The position numbers were made by a program, and so were the translations under genes. The notes beneath the pieces are model-generated. The model saw only the letters and a list, made by a program, of their open reading frames with translations, searched no databases and was not told where the DNA came from. Positions 33,104 to 45,905 of a stretch of 64,000 nucleotides of DNA are shown here, in pieces. Every line of letters begins with the position of its first letter. Within the stretch, counting starts at the first letter, position 1. The stretch comes from Oculina patagonica (Eukaryota): positions 62,001 through 126,000 of the forward strand of contig NC_135758.1 of NCBI RefSeq assembly GCF_052425735.1, read 5' to 3'.

Positions 33104-35453
33104 CTAGGTATGTTCAACACCACTTGTAAGATGCCTGATGTGGAAGTTCACCACATACTCTGCATTAGTTTTCTGCACTGAGATAGCAAACGGGTAAAGT
33201 GGGTGAAATGTGAAGGCTACGAGTCGCTTTCCTGTGGGTGGAATTGGACGTCCCAAGAATCCTGCATGAATTTTAAATTTAAGAAGCCCCGAGTCTCTTG
33301 AATAGAACCTGTGGAGAATAGAAACAATAACAGTTTGTTAGTTACATCAAAGGCTGGCACTGTGTGGTGGCAGAGGTCACATGGCAATGATAATACCCAT
33401 AACTGTTGAAGAGCTTTTTATTGTAAAGGGCCATTCTTTGAATTATCCACATTCACCAGTGGTATTCTTACATTTATACCATGCCATAGAAAATACAGCC
33501 AATCAGAACACAGGAAAGCCATTGCGATTGTATTCTCGACAAAATTTAGTAAGCGTATTTTCTATGGCATGGTATGAAATAGTTACACAATGCTTTCTCA
33601 TGGTATAATATGGAATATCCCACTTATCACTTGTATTTTCTTGTTATACACACTCGCCTAAAGGCTTGTGTGTATACCTAGAAAATACAAGTGACTCATG
33701 GGATATTCCATAGTATACCACTTGAAAGCGTTGCATAACTAGTATATATGTGTAAAAAAAAGTGTTATACATGTAATTTGGTCACAGCCATTTTGATGAA
33801 TGACATCAATCAATCAAAGCATTTAACAAGAAAGCTCTCATCCAAAAATACAGTGGTTTAGAAGACAAATGAGAAGGCAATGGAGCAAAGATTTGCCTGG
33901 ATCAAGTTGATTTTAATTAACTTCTACTCCTTGCACTGCAATGTCTGTATTTTTGACCAAACCATTGTCAGAGCCTTGCATGGACATTGCTAAATCTGCC
34001 ATATTGTATGTGTACTAGAGGAAATACTTTACCTGATTGGATGATCTCCGCAAGCCTTGGGCCTCTCCATCACAGAGACCCACTTGTCGTCATATTTAAA
34101 CAGCGACAAGTCCAAATAAGGACTACTGCTGTATGACTGGGAGCTGATTGGAAGCTGAGCTAGAAGCCGTTTGACAGCTTCAGTGTAGCCTCCATATTTA
34201 GCATTGACAATAGTGTGCTTAAATCGTCTTTGAATTTGCCGAGCAAAAATGTTGCTTGAAGCTGAACATGTGAACTGTGCAGGTGAATGCAACATTGCAT
34301 TCCGAAATGAGTCACAGAATTGTTCAAAGAGTTCCAGCAACTTCTCAGAAGTGTTTTCAAACACAGCCAAGACTTTTGTGGTCTCCATGTCATACACAAT
34401 GAAGAATGACGGCTGAGAGTTTGGGTCAGGGACCCTCAATGTTACTACATCTTCACTAGCATACTTAATCAGCAAAATCCTGCTATCAAAAAGCTGCATC
34501 TTCCACATTCTCAGAGCCCTGAACAGCTCTACATGCTGATAAAACCTGCCCATGGCTAAAGCACTGCCTTCATTATGTGCGCATCTCCACAAATGTGCCA
34601 GGATACGATGCTTGAGTCCATTGAGACAGGTTTCCATATAAGGCCGTATTGGCTGGCCATTAGCATCAACATTCCTAACACAGGTCAACATGTACTCATC
34701 ATCCTCATAACAGAATCGACCAATAGAACGCACATCGATGAACCTGCCGTCAGAAGTCACCTGAAAGATGTGAATTACCTGCTGTTGAACAGACAAAACA
34801 GCAAGAAGATCTCTGTACAAGTATAGTCCCTGGTTGTGCGACAGAAATATTTTATCACATTTGAATGTCCTAGAATCAGACAACATGCCCGTTTTCATGT
34901 CAACAATGTGGATTGTGTAATCCTCTAGAGGGGACCGAGGATTGGGGGACACTGATTCATTGTTGCTGTAGATATCAAAGAAGTAGGGATGTGGTTCCTC
35001 TGGCACATAACAAGCTGACCCCACAATCACATACCGGCCATCATCAGTAAATAAACTACACTCTCTGTTCAAATGCTCTCCATTCTGTGCCACAGTTACG
35101 ACAGATTTCAGACGAAAGAAACTAGTGAATAATCTACTTCTTATAACAGTATCTGATGGTTCTGTTGCTAGCAATTCCTCCGCGGCACTCGGCCCTTGAA
35201 ACTCGTACACTTCAACTGAGCTTTGATCTAGAGAAAACGCAACGAAATAACGTCCGTCGGGTGAAAACTTTCGCAGGTAGCACGGTGGTGTTTCCACGTT
35301 GACAATGGTAAAATTTGGAAAGATGTTTTGAGTGAAAGCTCTTGCCTGATGCCAGTGGGTTCCAGGTTTTGGAAAACAAGTCTCTCTCTGGCGCAGCCTC
35401 CAAACCAAATTCTGGTTTGGTATTCTCCTTGGCTTAAAATGCAACTCAGACAT
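33104..35453 (-). CDS. DET1: De-etiolated 1 homolog (COP1/CRL4 E3 ligase partner), 2 exons
   Basis: Exons 34033-35453 and 33104-33308; [75 protein letters not shown]. Confidence 0.97.
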
Positions 35454-35626
35454 CTTCTGTGTGAGCTGTAAACAGTTGAGATTCTTTGCACAAAATCAAT
35501 CCAGGACTTGACCTTTCGGCCGCCATTACAAGAATGGGTCATCCGGGAATGTGAACATTTTGGCACGCGAAGTACTGGGGCGAACAGCTGAGTTGTCCTC
35601 TTTCCTTTGGAGTATTTTCTTTCAAC

Positions 35627-38025
35627 ATGGGTAAGAGATCTTCGATATTTTTCTTCAACTACTGGGTAAAACTTCCTTTGATCTTTCATTAATGCCTTTC
35701 ATTTGAATCACAGCTCTTCCATCGTACACGTCGTTTCTGTTTGCGACCACGTTAACCGTGCTGACTTTCGCTGGAATGCAAATGTTCAAGACAAACTTGG
35801 CGTCCAGTGAATGGATGACCATTCTTGGGGGATTTATAGGATCACAGCTTTTCGTTTTCCTTCTTACTGTATCCTTTACAAATTTGCTTTAATTTGGTTA
35901 AAAAATTACTGTCGAACTCGTATCCCTAACGTTTTATTTAGTTCTTTTCTTCGCCATTTTAAATGTTGCATGCATTCAAATCAATTCACAGAACAAAGAG
36001 CTTTGATTTGAACAACTTGATTTATTTGGCTGTACTTTCACTAATTCACGTTTAATACTCTCACGAAAATGTTAGCCGAGAGCCGCAGATTATTATCTAC
36101 CCATAGTTATTTTTTATTGGTGTGATTTTGTCCTTTATTTAAAATATTTTTATAAGCTTAGATAAACACTTAGTTTTAAGCTAATACTTACTATGCTCAG
36201 CTAATATAGCTGGTTTGCAATTGTGTTTTCCTTGACTGAAACCCATCAGGCTGTAGGAAATTTAGAGACTTCTATGTTTGGACGTAATTTCCAAACAAAG
36301 TTGTTCCCAGAAGGTAAATATTCTGAGCTGGGTTGAACATAATTCACAAAGCTAAAGTAACCTCTCATTGGTTGTTTCTTAAGTCACATATCGGTAGTAA
36401 TGACCAAATCAGTGTATCCTTGAAAATCAAAAATATGAATATTATTGAGATACGCTGAATGAACCTATCAAGCATGAACCCAGCTGAACCTGAACTGAGC
36501 TGAACATCTTGTTGCGCTCCTCATTTTTTGAAAGCAAAGCAGAAAATACAGTCAACCCCCTCTTCACGGACACCTCCATAAGACTGACACCTCTGTAAGT
36601 CGGACAGCTGGAGGCAGCCGAAGGTGTCGGTTCAAGAGAGAGTTGACTGTATGCTGTTTTAAACAGACTGTTGAAAGAACCATCGGGCTTTTGATGACTG
36701 ATTTTTTGAGATTACTGCTAATTAATATTTATAACAATAATTGGGACCAGAGAAAAAGTTTGAATAATCAAGTACCCAGTTTCAGTACTCCAGGGAAATT
36801 CCTGTAGTGGCCTAGCATGCCATCTAGGGGGAGTAGCATCATGCTACAAAAACCAAGATAAGATCTTGCAGTGTGGACTGCTTTTCTAGGGACAGGCGCT
36901 GATCCAACACTGGGTACAACACACTTGATACCACACATGTAAAAATAAAGTCAATCAAGTCTGTTTCAAAAGATGAAACCATTGGTTGAATTTGTGTAGT
37001 TGTATTCATTATCATATAATAAAATATTGTTCTCTCTCTCTTCCTTTATCTTTTAGTAATACTGTGTCTGGTAGTTGCAATGTTTGCCTCAGGTCTAGTC
37101 CACCGAGTCTGTGTAACAACCTGGTGAGTTATCTTGTTTTATTGTACAGAACATCATTGGTTCTGAACTCTAGAGTTAGCGGTGTATTATGTGATGGCCG
37201 TTGGTCAGTCTCAGTCTGAGTTTTACCTACCTCATCAGGACATGTGAGCTTAACTCTGTACAGATGATGTAGCATCACTGAAATCTGTGTAGTTCTCTAA
37301 CTATTGTTCAATTATGATTTTTCTATACCAAGTCATCAACAACTAGACACTATGCAAATGTTTGTGGTGTTACATCCTCAGTATAAAAATATTTAAGTAT
37401 GAATTTCTGATGTCTGTCTTAGGGAGGATAGCACTTGATGGGAAATGTCAGTTATCTCAGTGTTATAAACTGCCAAACTGGGAAAACTGGTATGAGGAAA
37501 AGAACTGAAGAAAGATCAACAAAAACAAGCATAACTCTCTTTCATTAGCCCTGAAATTCACAGGTCAAGGGCAAAATTAAAATGAAATTCCTCAAACTAG
37601 ACAAGTTTAATTTTTAATTTTGCTTTGTGTCAGAAAGTGAAAATGAATATGAGACAATGAAAAATAAAAATAACTGGTTTGAAAATTTTTCAACCAAAGG
37701 TAAATTTAAACCACATCACATACAGTATGTTACATGATATTGACAGTAATGCGCATGGTATTTGGCTTCTTATAATAATCCTCGGGTTAGTCTAACATAA
37801 TAACCACCTCAGTTACTGCTAAAAGAAATGTGCACCTGCCTAAGGAATTGAAAAGCTAACACAAATGCCTGATCCATTCACTTCACTCACACATCCTTCC
37901 TGTTCTGCAGTTTCCTGTTCTCTCTGGTAGCCATTTACTACATCAACAAGATTGCTGCCAGCACACATGCTCCAACAACAAACCAAACCCCACAGGCACA
38001 GTTGAAGACCAAGAAGAGTCGCTAA
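35627..38025 (+). CDS. KRTCAP2: Keratinocyte-associated protein 2 / oligosaccharyltransferase subunit KCP2, 5 exons, 134 aa
   Basis: Exons 35627-35630, 35714-35868, 36250-36313, 37057-37123, 37911-38025 give MALPSYTSF...FAGMQMFKTNLASSEWMTILGGFIGS...LTAVGNLE...FQTKLFPEV...[28 protein letters not shown]...KTKKSR (KKxx ER-retrieval end); AATAAA at 38094. Confidence 0.94.
35869..36249 (+). other. U12-type (minor spliceosome) GT-AG intron, KRTCAP2 intron 2
   Basis: 5' splice site GTATCCTTT; branch site TTCCTTGAC at 36228-36236, branch A 14 nt before the intron end; no polypyrimidine tract between them. Confidence 0.9.
36549..36649. mobile_element. Short pogo/Tc1-like MITE
   Basis: TA-cagtcaac(c/t)c..ctctt / aagagagagttgactg-TA. 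Confidence 0.65.
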
Positions 38026-38775
38026 ACTTCAGCTCATTGCTGATCAATTATTAGTATTAACATGTAGCAAAATTATGTAGGCAAGCCAGACACAATAAAG
38101 ATCAGTTTCTTTTTCTGAAATATTGTTATTTTATTTTGTTTAAAACAATCTAAAAAATGCTTTTCCAGACATGAATTAAAGTTGCCACTCACAAGGGTAC
38201 AATGATAAGCACCAACTGAAAGAAATGAGATGCAAAACAAACAATTTTAGGGTTGCTTGTCCCTCTTAATTTTGAACCTGCTTGAAGTTGTGAAATTAAA
38301 CCTGATTAACCTTGAACACTAGAAATTATTACCCATCTCTTTAATGTCAATTTTATTGTGTTGTACCGATCAGTCCAAGGCAAGGTAAAACTATATGAAT
38401 GAGTCACAAGCTGCTAGAGTAATTACTCTGAAAAATAACCATTATACACAAAATCACATGTTGGTATCTTTCTTGGGAGTCACTGATGTTGGTTGTCCGT
38501 GATTAGTGTAGACCTGACCCACCATCCGAACTAAGGAAACGCCGAGGAAGCACAGCAAGATCCGGCGCGCGGACCTGCGTTGCCCTTTCTCATCGTCCAG
38601 GCACGGCCAGATGCTCTTGAAGAGTGCTCGCTAAAATGGATCATAGGTCCTGGACAGAAAATAATGGGGGCAAAATCAGTTAAAATCTGTGACATAGTCC
38701 CTTTAAAGGTCCCTGCAATATAGCAATTGCAGCATGGCAAATGTTAAAGGTCGTTTTGATGCAGTTTATCCATGA

Positions 38776-41700
38776 TCATGTATCATGAAGCTTGAGAAGG
38801 GCTTGGGCTGTAGAATGAAAAGGAACAACTTATATCAGGTATTTAGATTGGGCATAAAAAATCGAAAACAACATCCAAGGAAATGTGACCTTTTTACACA
38901 AATATTATTTAACAATGATATTTGACCTGAAATGCCATTAAAAAATTAACTGTTGTTGGTTTCATTCTCCTTGTTGCTGCATGTGAGCCTTGAAGTTAGA
39001 AATGTAACTAATGACAAAATCACTAACCAGCCGTCTGCATCAGCTGCTGTCTCTCAGCCAGATTCTCTTGCCAGGCCTCCATCAACTGAAAATACCTATT
39101 GAACAACAATCAAGACACATTCCAGAAGTCAGAAAATTGGTGCATCATTCTGAAGGTAGAAAGCATTACTGGCAGAGAGTTTTACTGGACTTCCCTTGTA
39201 TAAACAGCATTAAATGTGCAAGTACATTATTATTTTGTTATTTTCCTGTACCTGAACAGTGTGTCCCTGGGCCACAGGGTTTCAACTGGATGATTCTTAA
39301 GATGAGTCAGATTTGCCTGGACTGTTGTGATCCATTCTGAATGCAGAATTTAATGTTACAGTGTAAGGTTACAAAAATACATTTAACTTGAATGCAGTCA
39401 AACTTCTAAGAAGTGTTCACCCTGAGTGATATTGATTAGGTCAGAGTCTTTCCAATTCAAGGTGCCACTATAATGCACACCTTCTAGACCACAGGGGAAG
39501 CCTGTAATAACTAGTTATTTCCAGTAATTCTTATTCACTGGGACCTCAACTTCTGTCCACACCAATGGGGATCCCTAATAGGGAGGTGTCCTCAAGGCAC
39601 AAGTTGACATAAGTTCTGTAGCATGAGGCAACAAGCTAGCATTGCTATTTCTCTTCCTACAGCTAGTCACCCCAGTGTGCGAGCAAATCCACAACTTTTC
39701 ATCCGAACGCTTCGGAAGCTTAGGTGGAAAGCTGTTGGACGTGTTGAAACTATTGCAAACACAAGTTCTTGGTGGGTCAAAATCAGTGTTTCACCCAAAA
39801 AGATTTGGATTTGCAAAATAGATGTCCCATGTGCTAAACAGAACTGTACTTCAGTAATAATTTATTACAAACTGACCATTTGTTAAATCTTTTGCTCTGT
39901 CATGAGGAAACTCTTCTTGTAACTCAGGTTTTGCCTGCTGGTCACCTGCTGTCTGTTCACTCAATGTGCTGTAACGTCTTGTTTCCCTTAAAACAAATCA
40001 TACTGTCATTTGTTATGATTTCATTATTACCTATACCTATTGTATTGTTTGGGGGTGATAGTGCTAGTATTCTGTAGCTCCCACATAGCTTTCTGCATTT
40101 CCCACTGACATTCTTTTGTTGAACAATAATCACTGTGATAAGAATAAAGAAATTAGAGCAGTTTTCACTTGAGTATCGAAAGTAATTGCGTTGCTTTGGG
40201 CTCACTACGCTTAGTGATTGGCTTAAAAATCTTGCACCAGTTTCTCAGCCAATCAGGAGTAAAACCAAACCCAATCATGAATCGCTCGCGCACGTTTTCT
40301 CACGCTTCATGCCGGCTACATGTATTTGCTTCTAGTTTTGATTGTTCACTGATTGTTGTGTTGTGATGGCCAGAGTATACTTGGTTGGTACGACACTCTT
40401 GAAAAATGCTCTATATCAACTGGGGAATTACTGGTAATTGATTTACCTGAGTTTAGCAAGCTTATCTCCCAGGGCAGCCAGAGGATCAGCTCCTTTTGTA
40501 TCTGGTGTTGGCTTGTCTTTTCCTTCCTGCAGCAGAGCTGAAGGTTCTGTACTCTTCTCAGAGTCTCCAGGCTCATCTTCTTCTTCTTCAGTTTCTACTA
40601 ATGCTGACATGGGCTCTAGACGTTTACCTCGCTCCTGGAACAGCTGAACACCTATGCTGCTGGTTCGTCTACACAGATACAACAGGGTTAAGCGCAAGCC
40701 TCATTTCTCTCATTTACTTTCATATTTGGCTCATTTTCCCAGCACATTAGCAATCGAGGATTAACATAGGCAGTACAAGAATGCTTCTCTTCTTTTATAA
40801 GGAATATACCTTGTTCTAGCATGTAATCTGTCCTGCCTTTCCAGCTCTTCTGCCAAGTGAGCCCTCATTTGTTCTGCCTCCAGGGCCTCCGTTTGTTCCT
40901 TGACTTGCTGGTTAAAATCATTGCGGATGCTCTGAAAGTTCATCACTACAACAAAGACAGATAACTAGTAACATACCATACCATCATTTTTGCATCTCTA
41001 TCTCTCTAAAAGTTCTTGTTACTGATCGCCTTGTATTTTTCTCAATGTACAGTTGTGAGAATATGGTAGTGTAGACTCAGTATATATTTACACCAGTAAA
41101 TTGGGCAGCATATCAAATAAAATATCTCCTGGTTGATGATTATCTTTGTTTTTTAACTGTCTGTTTGGCAGTGTAATGACATTATGGCAAATGAAATAAA
41201 TATGTAATTTAAATAGAAAATTCTAGGGAGAAATCAAATGAGACATGTTCTTTCAAGTTGCACCCCAGGGGAATTTGAAATTTTTTGGAATCCAGAGTTG
41301 AATTCCCCACCCCTGTGCACCTAGTGAATGTCAAATTTCACATGTCTCCTCTAAAAATTTTAACCCAGCAGACCATTTTAGACATCAAAATCCCTACCCT
41401 GGGAGAACTTACGATGTCAAATTCCCATGGATTGCCCCCCCCCCCCCCCCATCCGGGGACAAACCATTGATAGGTGCATTAGGTCACTCACCCATAATGC
41501 CAGCGAAGATATTTCTGAAGATGAAAGCTCCAATGCAAATCCACAGGATAATATAGATCTTTACTGTGATAGAATCTGCCACCTTGATAAGATCTCTTAG
41601 GATATCATACCAATGATCCAAGGTGAACAGTTGAAACAGAGTAACAAGTGCATTGCCAAGGGTACTGTGTCGGTATAAGTACACAATAAAGCTCATTACA

Positions 41701-44700
41701 AACTGTGTTTTCAGTTCTATCTACTGAGGCTCAATAAAACTGTCAGCAATAAGTTAATGGTTGCCCTTTTGATCTTAGGCCTTACTGTAGTTGCACAAAC
41801 ACAAAGGTTTATTTACTGATATTTACAGGTATTATAGAGATGTAGAAATGTCTACATTTTATACCTGAAGCTTTGTTTATACTTGAGGTCTGTTCGTGCA
41901 GACTTGGAGTATGAGGAAAACATAACTGTTCCAGCCACAGCGAAAATGTACATAAATGTCATCAGCAGGATCAGAATAAACGCCATTGACTAGAGAGTAA
42001 GATAATAAAAAATTGATAAAACATTAGCTAGAGTACTGGCAAGCCTGTTAATCTAACAAGCAATAGGCCATCAAGTTTTGACTGATCAAGCTTAGACTAA
42101 AAATGTTGCCATAATTATAATGAGGTAATAATACAAACAAGGTGGCAAAGAGGCAGCGACAGAGGTATTTTGGAGAATGCAGAATGATGGAATGGCGCAA
42201 TGACGGAACGGCGATAGTGTAATGCTCTAACCAACAAATAAAACCCAAGCAAACTGGAGTGAAAGGAAACCGCAAGCAAACCCCTGACCATCATTCTGCG
42301 TTCTGCAAAATACCCCTGACAAAGAGGCAGGGTTACAAATTTTATACTTGCCTCCCCACAGGTTTCATTACCTTGAATGCTTTGAGAATTGTCAGCACAA
42401 TGATCCTAAGCTGAGCAAATCTTGAGACCTAAAGTGGTTCATAAAACACTATTTTAAACACCATATAATAACATATAAATAACTGCCGGTATTTCTTGCC
42501 ATATACAACTAAATTTTAAAATCTGCTCACCATCTTCAATGATCGTAAGATTCTGAAGACTCTCAAGTTTTCAGCAATGACAGCAAGTTCTGCTGTGTTT
42601 TTACCTGATGAAAGCTCAATTATCTCTGGCACAAATGACTACAATTCATAGAAAAAGAAACATTGTCAAAAGAATTTCAATCTTATAAATGATCTAAAAA
42701 GAAGTAAATGAAATATTGAGCACTATCAGAATACAATGGGCAAGGTTCACTGGTCAGGGCTGAAACCTGGACCATTCTATCTGGAGTCCAACACATTGAC
42801 CATAAGCTCACTGCACCTCGGCAAACGGATGGTGATGGACTTGTTGGCTTACATATGTATGGATGGGCATAAGATTAAGGGTGCCACAGGCATCAGAAGA
42901 AAACTACCAGCTAAAGCTAAACAGGGTCGTACAATCTTGCAGCAGTCCTCAATCATGTTCATGTCACGTAATCCAAACCGATTTTAATTACATGAAGAAA
43001 TCGCATTCTTACTGAAGAAGCTTGTGATAGAAGCAAAAGCTTCAAGTGTTTTTATTTTCATCTCCTTAGAACTCAACTTCTACTTTATTGCGGTTTTCAG
43101 TGAAATGCGAACTCTGAAATTTAAAATCCAACTAACGATTGCGTTTTTCGCTGCCGTCAATCATAATTATTTAGGCAGCTAACGAACCATGAAAAAATGG
43201 AAACAAACAAAATGGATCGAAATCTACCAATCACAACTGACGGACGTGACCTTTTGACCCGGTTGAAGTGAGCATCTGTTTCCCGAGAGGTCCGCTAAGA
43301 TGATTGACGGCAGCAAAAAGCGTAAACCGTTGATTGAGGATTGAATTTCAGAGTTCGCATATCACTAAAAACCGCAATAAACTCATATCAAGTTAGTACT
43401 AACCATAACAGTGACAACAAAGTCAAAGATGTTCCATCCATTATTCCAGAAAAACCAAAACCCATCAATCCACTTGAGAATTATCTCCAGCACAAATATG
43501 GTCAACGTGCAGTAATCAAAAATTTGTAGAGTGAGTTTCAGACCATAAAAAGAGGGGTCCTTGACTTTAGAGATTTCTGGAAAACAAAAAATTGATTTCA
43601 AAGAATAAAATAACATGTAAGACTAATATTATTTTAAGGGTTCTAAAATATACAACTCACCAGCCTGGACTCCTAGAACAATAGAATTTGTGATGATCAA
43701 AATCATCATGAAATTTTGGAACCTTGGATCTGTTGGCAGAACTCAAAATCCATGGTTAGTAACTTATCCATATCATAAAAGCTCCCCCAGGGGGAGGAGG
43801 AGGCTTACACCTTATCAAGACCTTTTGAGGGGCCCAGGGCTAAATAGAGACAGGAACTTATTAGAGAGGGGGGCTTGCCTTAAGCCATATATCTGTTAAG
43901 CTCAGGCCAAACAAAGATGAGAGTTGATGAGAGTTCAAACTCTCGCTCTCATTTGGCATGGAACTCTCATTGACTTTAAACATGTTCAAATTTTTCATGA
44001 GAGGCGAAGAGAGTTTTCTTTCATTTGGCCCGAGTTGATGATAGTCAATGAAAGTTGACAAAAACTCTCATGAGAGTCAACTCTCATCAACTCTTGTCCT
44101 TATTTGGCCCAGGCTTTAGTCTCATACAAAAGAAACACGGGTAATGTTGTAGTGCTGATTAGTAACACATTTTCACAAAATAGTAACTATAAAAAGAAAA
44201 TGTGGAGGATAAATAACTTTAGAACGTAAAGTTAGCTTGTTTTCTTGTTCACAAATTGTCATGACCAACCATCTTGGAAAGTGGAAAGCTTACTAGAGAA
44301 GGGACTTATTAAAAAAAATTAAACTGTCAGGGAGGGGAGGGGGGCTTAACTTAATAGAGTTTACGGCATTTGCTTCATGAAAACTACGATAAGAAGAAAT
44401 TTGTAACCTATCTTTTTGCTTATGTTCAAAGTTAAACTTATCACTGAGTAGCAAAACTGCATGTACAATTCAAAACACGTACCCTCTATAACAGTGTGTG
44501 CCCATGGCCCAAGTGGAATAGCATTTTTGTTCTTGACTCTGTTCAAACGACGATCAGTGAAGCGCTGCTCATCTTTCTTGGAGTACATTTGAAACTTAAT
44601 CAATCCCTGGGGCGACTCTCTTAGAAGCTGCTTCATCACTTCGTCATCTGAGCAACAAATGCAAGCAGACATTTTTGTTGTGATCATTTTAGACAGCAGT

Positions 44701-45317
44701 GCCGTAGCAAGGGGGGGGGCGGGGGGGCCCGCGCCCCCCCCTTTTTTTTCCCAAAAAAAAAAAAAAAAAATGTAAAAAAAAATAAAAAAAAAAATTTTTT
44801 TCCGGGGGGTGTAAAAAAAAAATTTTTTTTTTTTTTAAAAGGAATGTACAATCAATTAAAAAAAAATATACAGGTATAGAAAGTCACCCCATATAAATCA
44901 AGGTCTCAAAAGAGCAACTGGGCTTTAAGCTCAAAAGTTCTTATAAAAAGCTTTGAAATGATTTCCAATATTAAGTTGTTGTTTGTTTGTTTTTTCATAA
45001 TCAACACGACCGTTAGCCTTAATTTCAGACGTCTTCCTCTGGTCGCTTTCCTCCGAGAAGAGACGACGCTCTAAGCTCACGTTTCGATACAACTTATCTT
45101 GCCCGTTTGCCCGCCTCGAGAAAATGCGAGACAATTGAAGCAAGAAAGATTAAACAGGGTGTTAAATATTAATACCTGTTATTTCGTTGGAGTAATACTT
45201 TGGTGGCTCAGCACCGCCTCTGTTTGCAATCATGTCGATGAGCTGAAAATCCTCGATGAGCTTTGATCTGAAGATCTCCGCTCTTGGCGACAGCTCGTCG
45301 GGAGCTTCGTCGTTCAT
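38776..45317 (-). CDS. CATSPER2: Cation channel sperm-associated protein 2 (pore subunit)
   Basis: Exons 45176-45317, 44483-44647, 43661-43729, 43404-43576, 42531-42638, 42372-42428, 41865-41989, 41492-41664, 40810-40945, 40447-40668, (40037-40132 optional), 39877-39986, 39252-39336, 39028-39095, 38776-38807. N-terminal PRAEIFRSKLI, WNIFDFVVT, S4 LRVFRILRSLK, pore FTLDHW, MNFQSIR and C-terminal WPRDTLFRYFQLME match CatSper2. Confidence 0.94.
42160..42318. mobile_element. MITE in CATSPER2 intron
   Basis: TIR cag(a/g)ggtattttg(g/c)agaa(t/c)gcagaatgatgg; caaagaggcag repeated near both ends. Confidence 0.6.
43007..43046 (+). ncRNA. Degenerate hammerhead ribozyme motif (probable Penelope remnant)
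   Basis: ctta CTGAAGA A GCTT gtgatag AAGC aAAA GCTT caag: GAAA core mutated to AAAA, palindromic AAGCTT stem III. Confidence 0.45.
43086..43379. mobile_element. MITE with 36-bp TIR
   Basis: tattgcggttttcagtgaaatgcgaactctgaaatt / aatttcagagttcgcatatcactaaaaaccgcaata. Confidence 0.8.
43899..44115. mobile_element. Harbinger-like MITE
   Basis: agctcaggccaaa...gagttgatgagagtt / aactctcatcaactc...tttggcccaggct with TTA TSD. Confidence 0.7.
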
Positions 45318-45777
45318 CTTCACTAAATCCCTTCCCTCGTTATTGTTCTACTTTTATATTCGACAAGCTGTACAACCTCTTGTTCAATCTTCATGAATGT
45401 TATACAAATATACTTACAGCCATTATAAAGGTGACTCAAAGTCACAAAATGGCGAATTTCTTGCTGAATTCCTTTCTCGTTCCCAGAGCCACTTGTCCCT
45501 CTTAGTCGGCGGGGCCTGGGGCAAGAGGCAGTTCCTTGTGCTCTGTGCTCGTCGGGTTTTAGTTCGATTTCAAGAAGTTCAAATTTGGAGTACCTTCATA
45601 AAAATAAAAGGAATCCGGTAATATTTATTTAAAAAATGTTCTTGGAAAATAACAGTTACCCTTTCATAATGAAGTGAAGGAACGGACATCTCTTAACTCT
45701 TGTGTCGTTGCTTCCGTCCGACGCATTAAGAATGAGACAGAAGTTTGAGCGCAGGCTACGAATTGAGGATAAAAATA

Positions 45778-45905
45778 CAGTGGCGGATCCAGACCTTCAG
45801 CTAAGGAGGGGGCCGCTTTTAAAAGCTTGACTATAAATGTTGAATTCTGCGTAGATAATTCCTGCACTTCAAAGAAAATGCGCCCCTCTCCTGGATCCGC
45901 CACTG
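45778..45905. mobile_element. CAGTG-terminal (hAT-like) MITE
   Basis: Perfect TIR cagtggcggatccag / ctggatccgccactg. Confidence 0.75.

Noticed and set aside
35228-35689. 153-aa minus-strand ORF overlapping the DET1 start
   Set aside because: Its ATG lies in KRTCAP2 intron 1 on the opposite strand, probably beyond the DET1 TSS; no recognisable protein features.
44697-44870. G/C/A/T homopolymer mosaic
   Set aside because: Looks like unpolished consensus over a MITE (similar at 26860-27030 and 31390-31450), not a biological low-complexity element.
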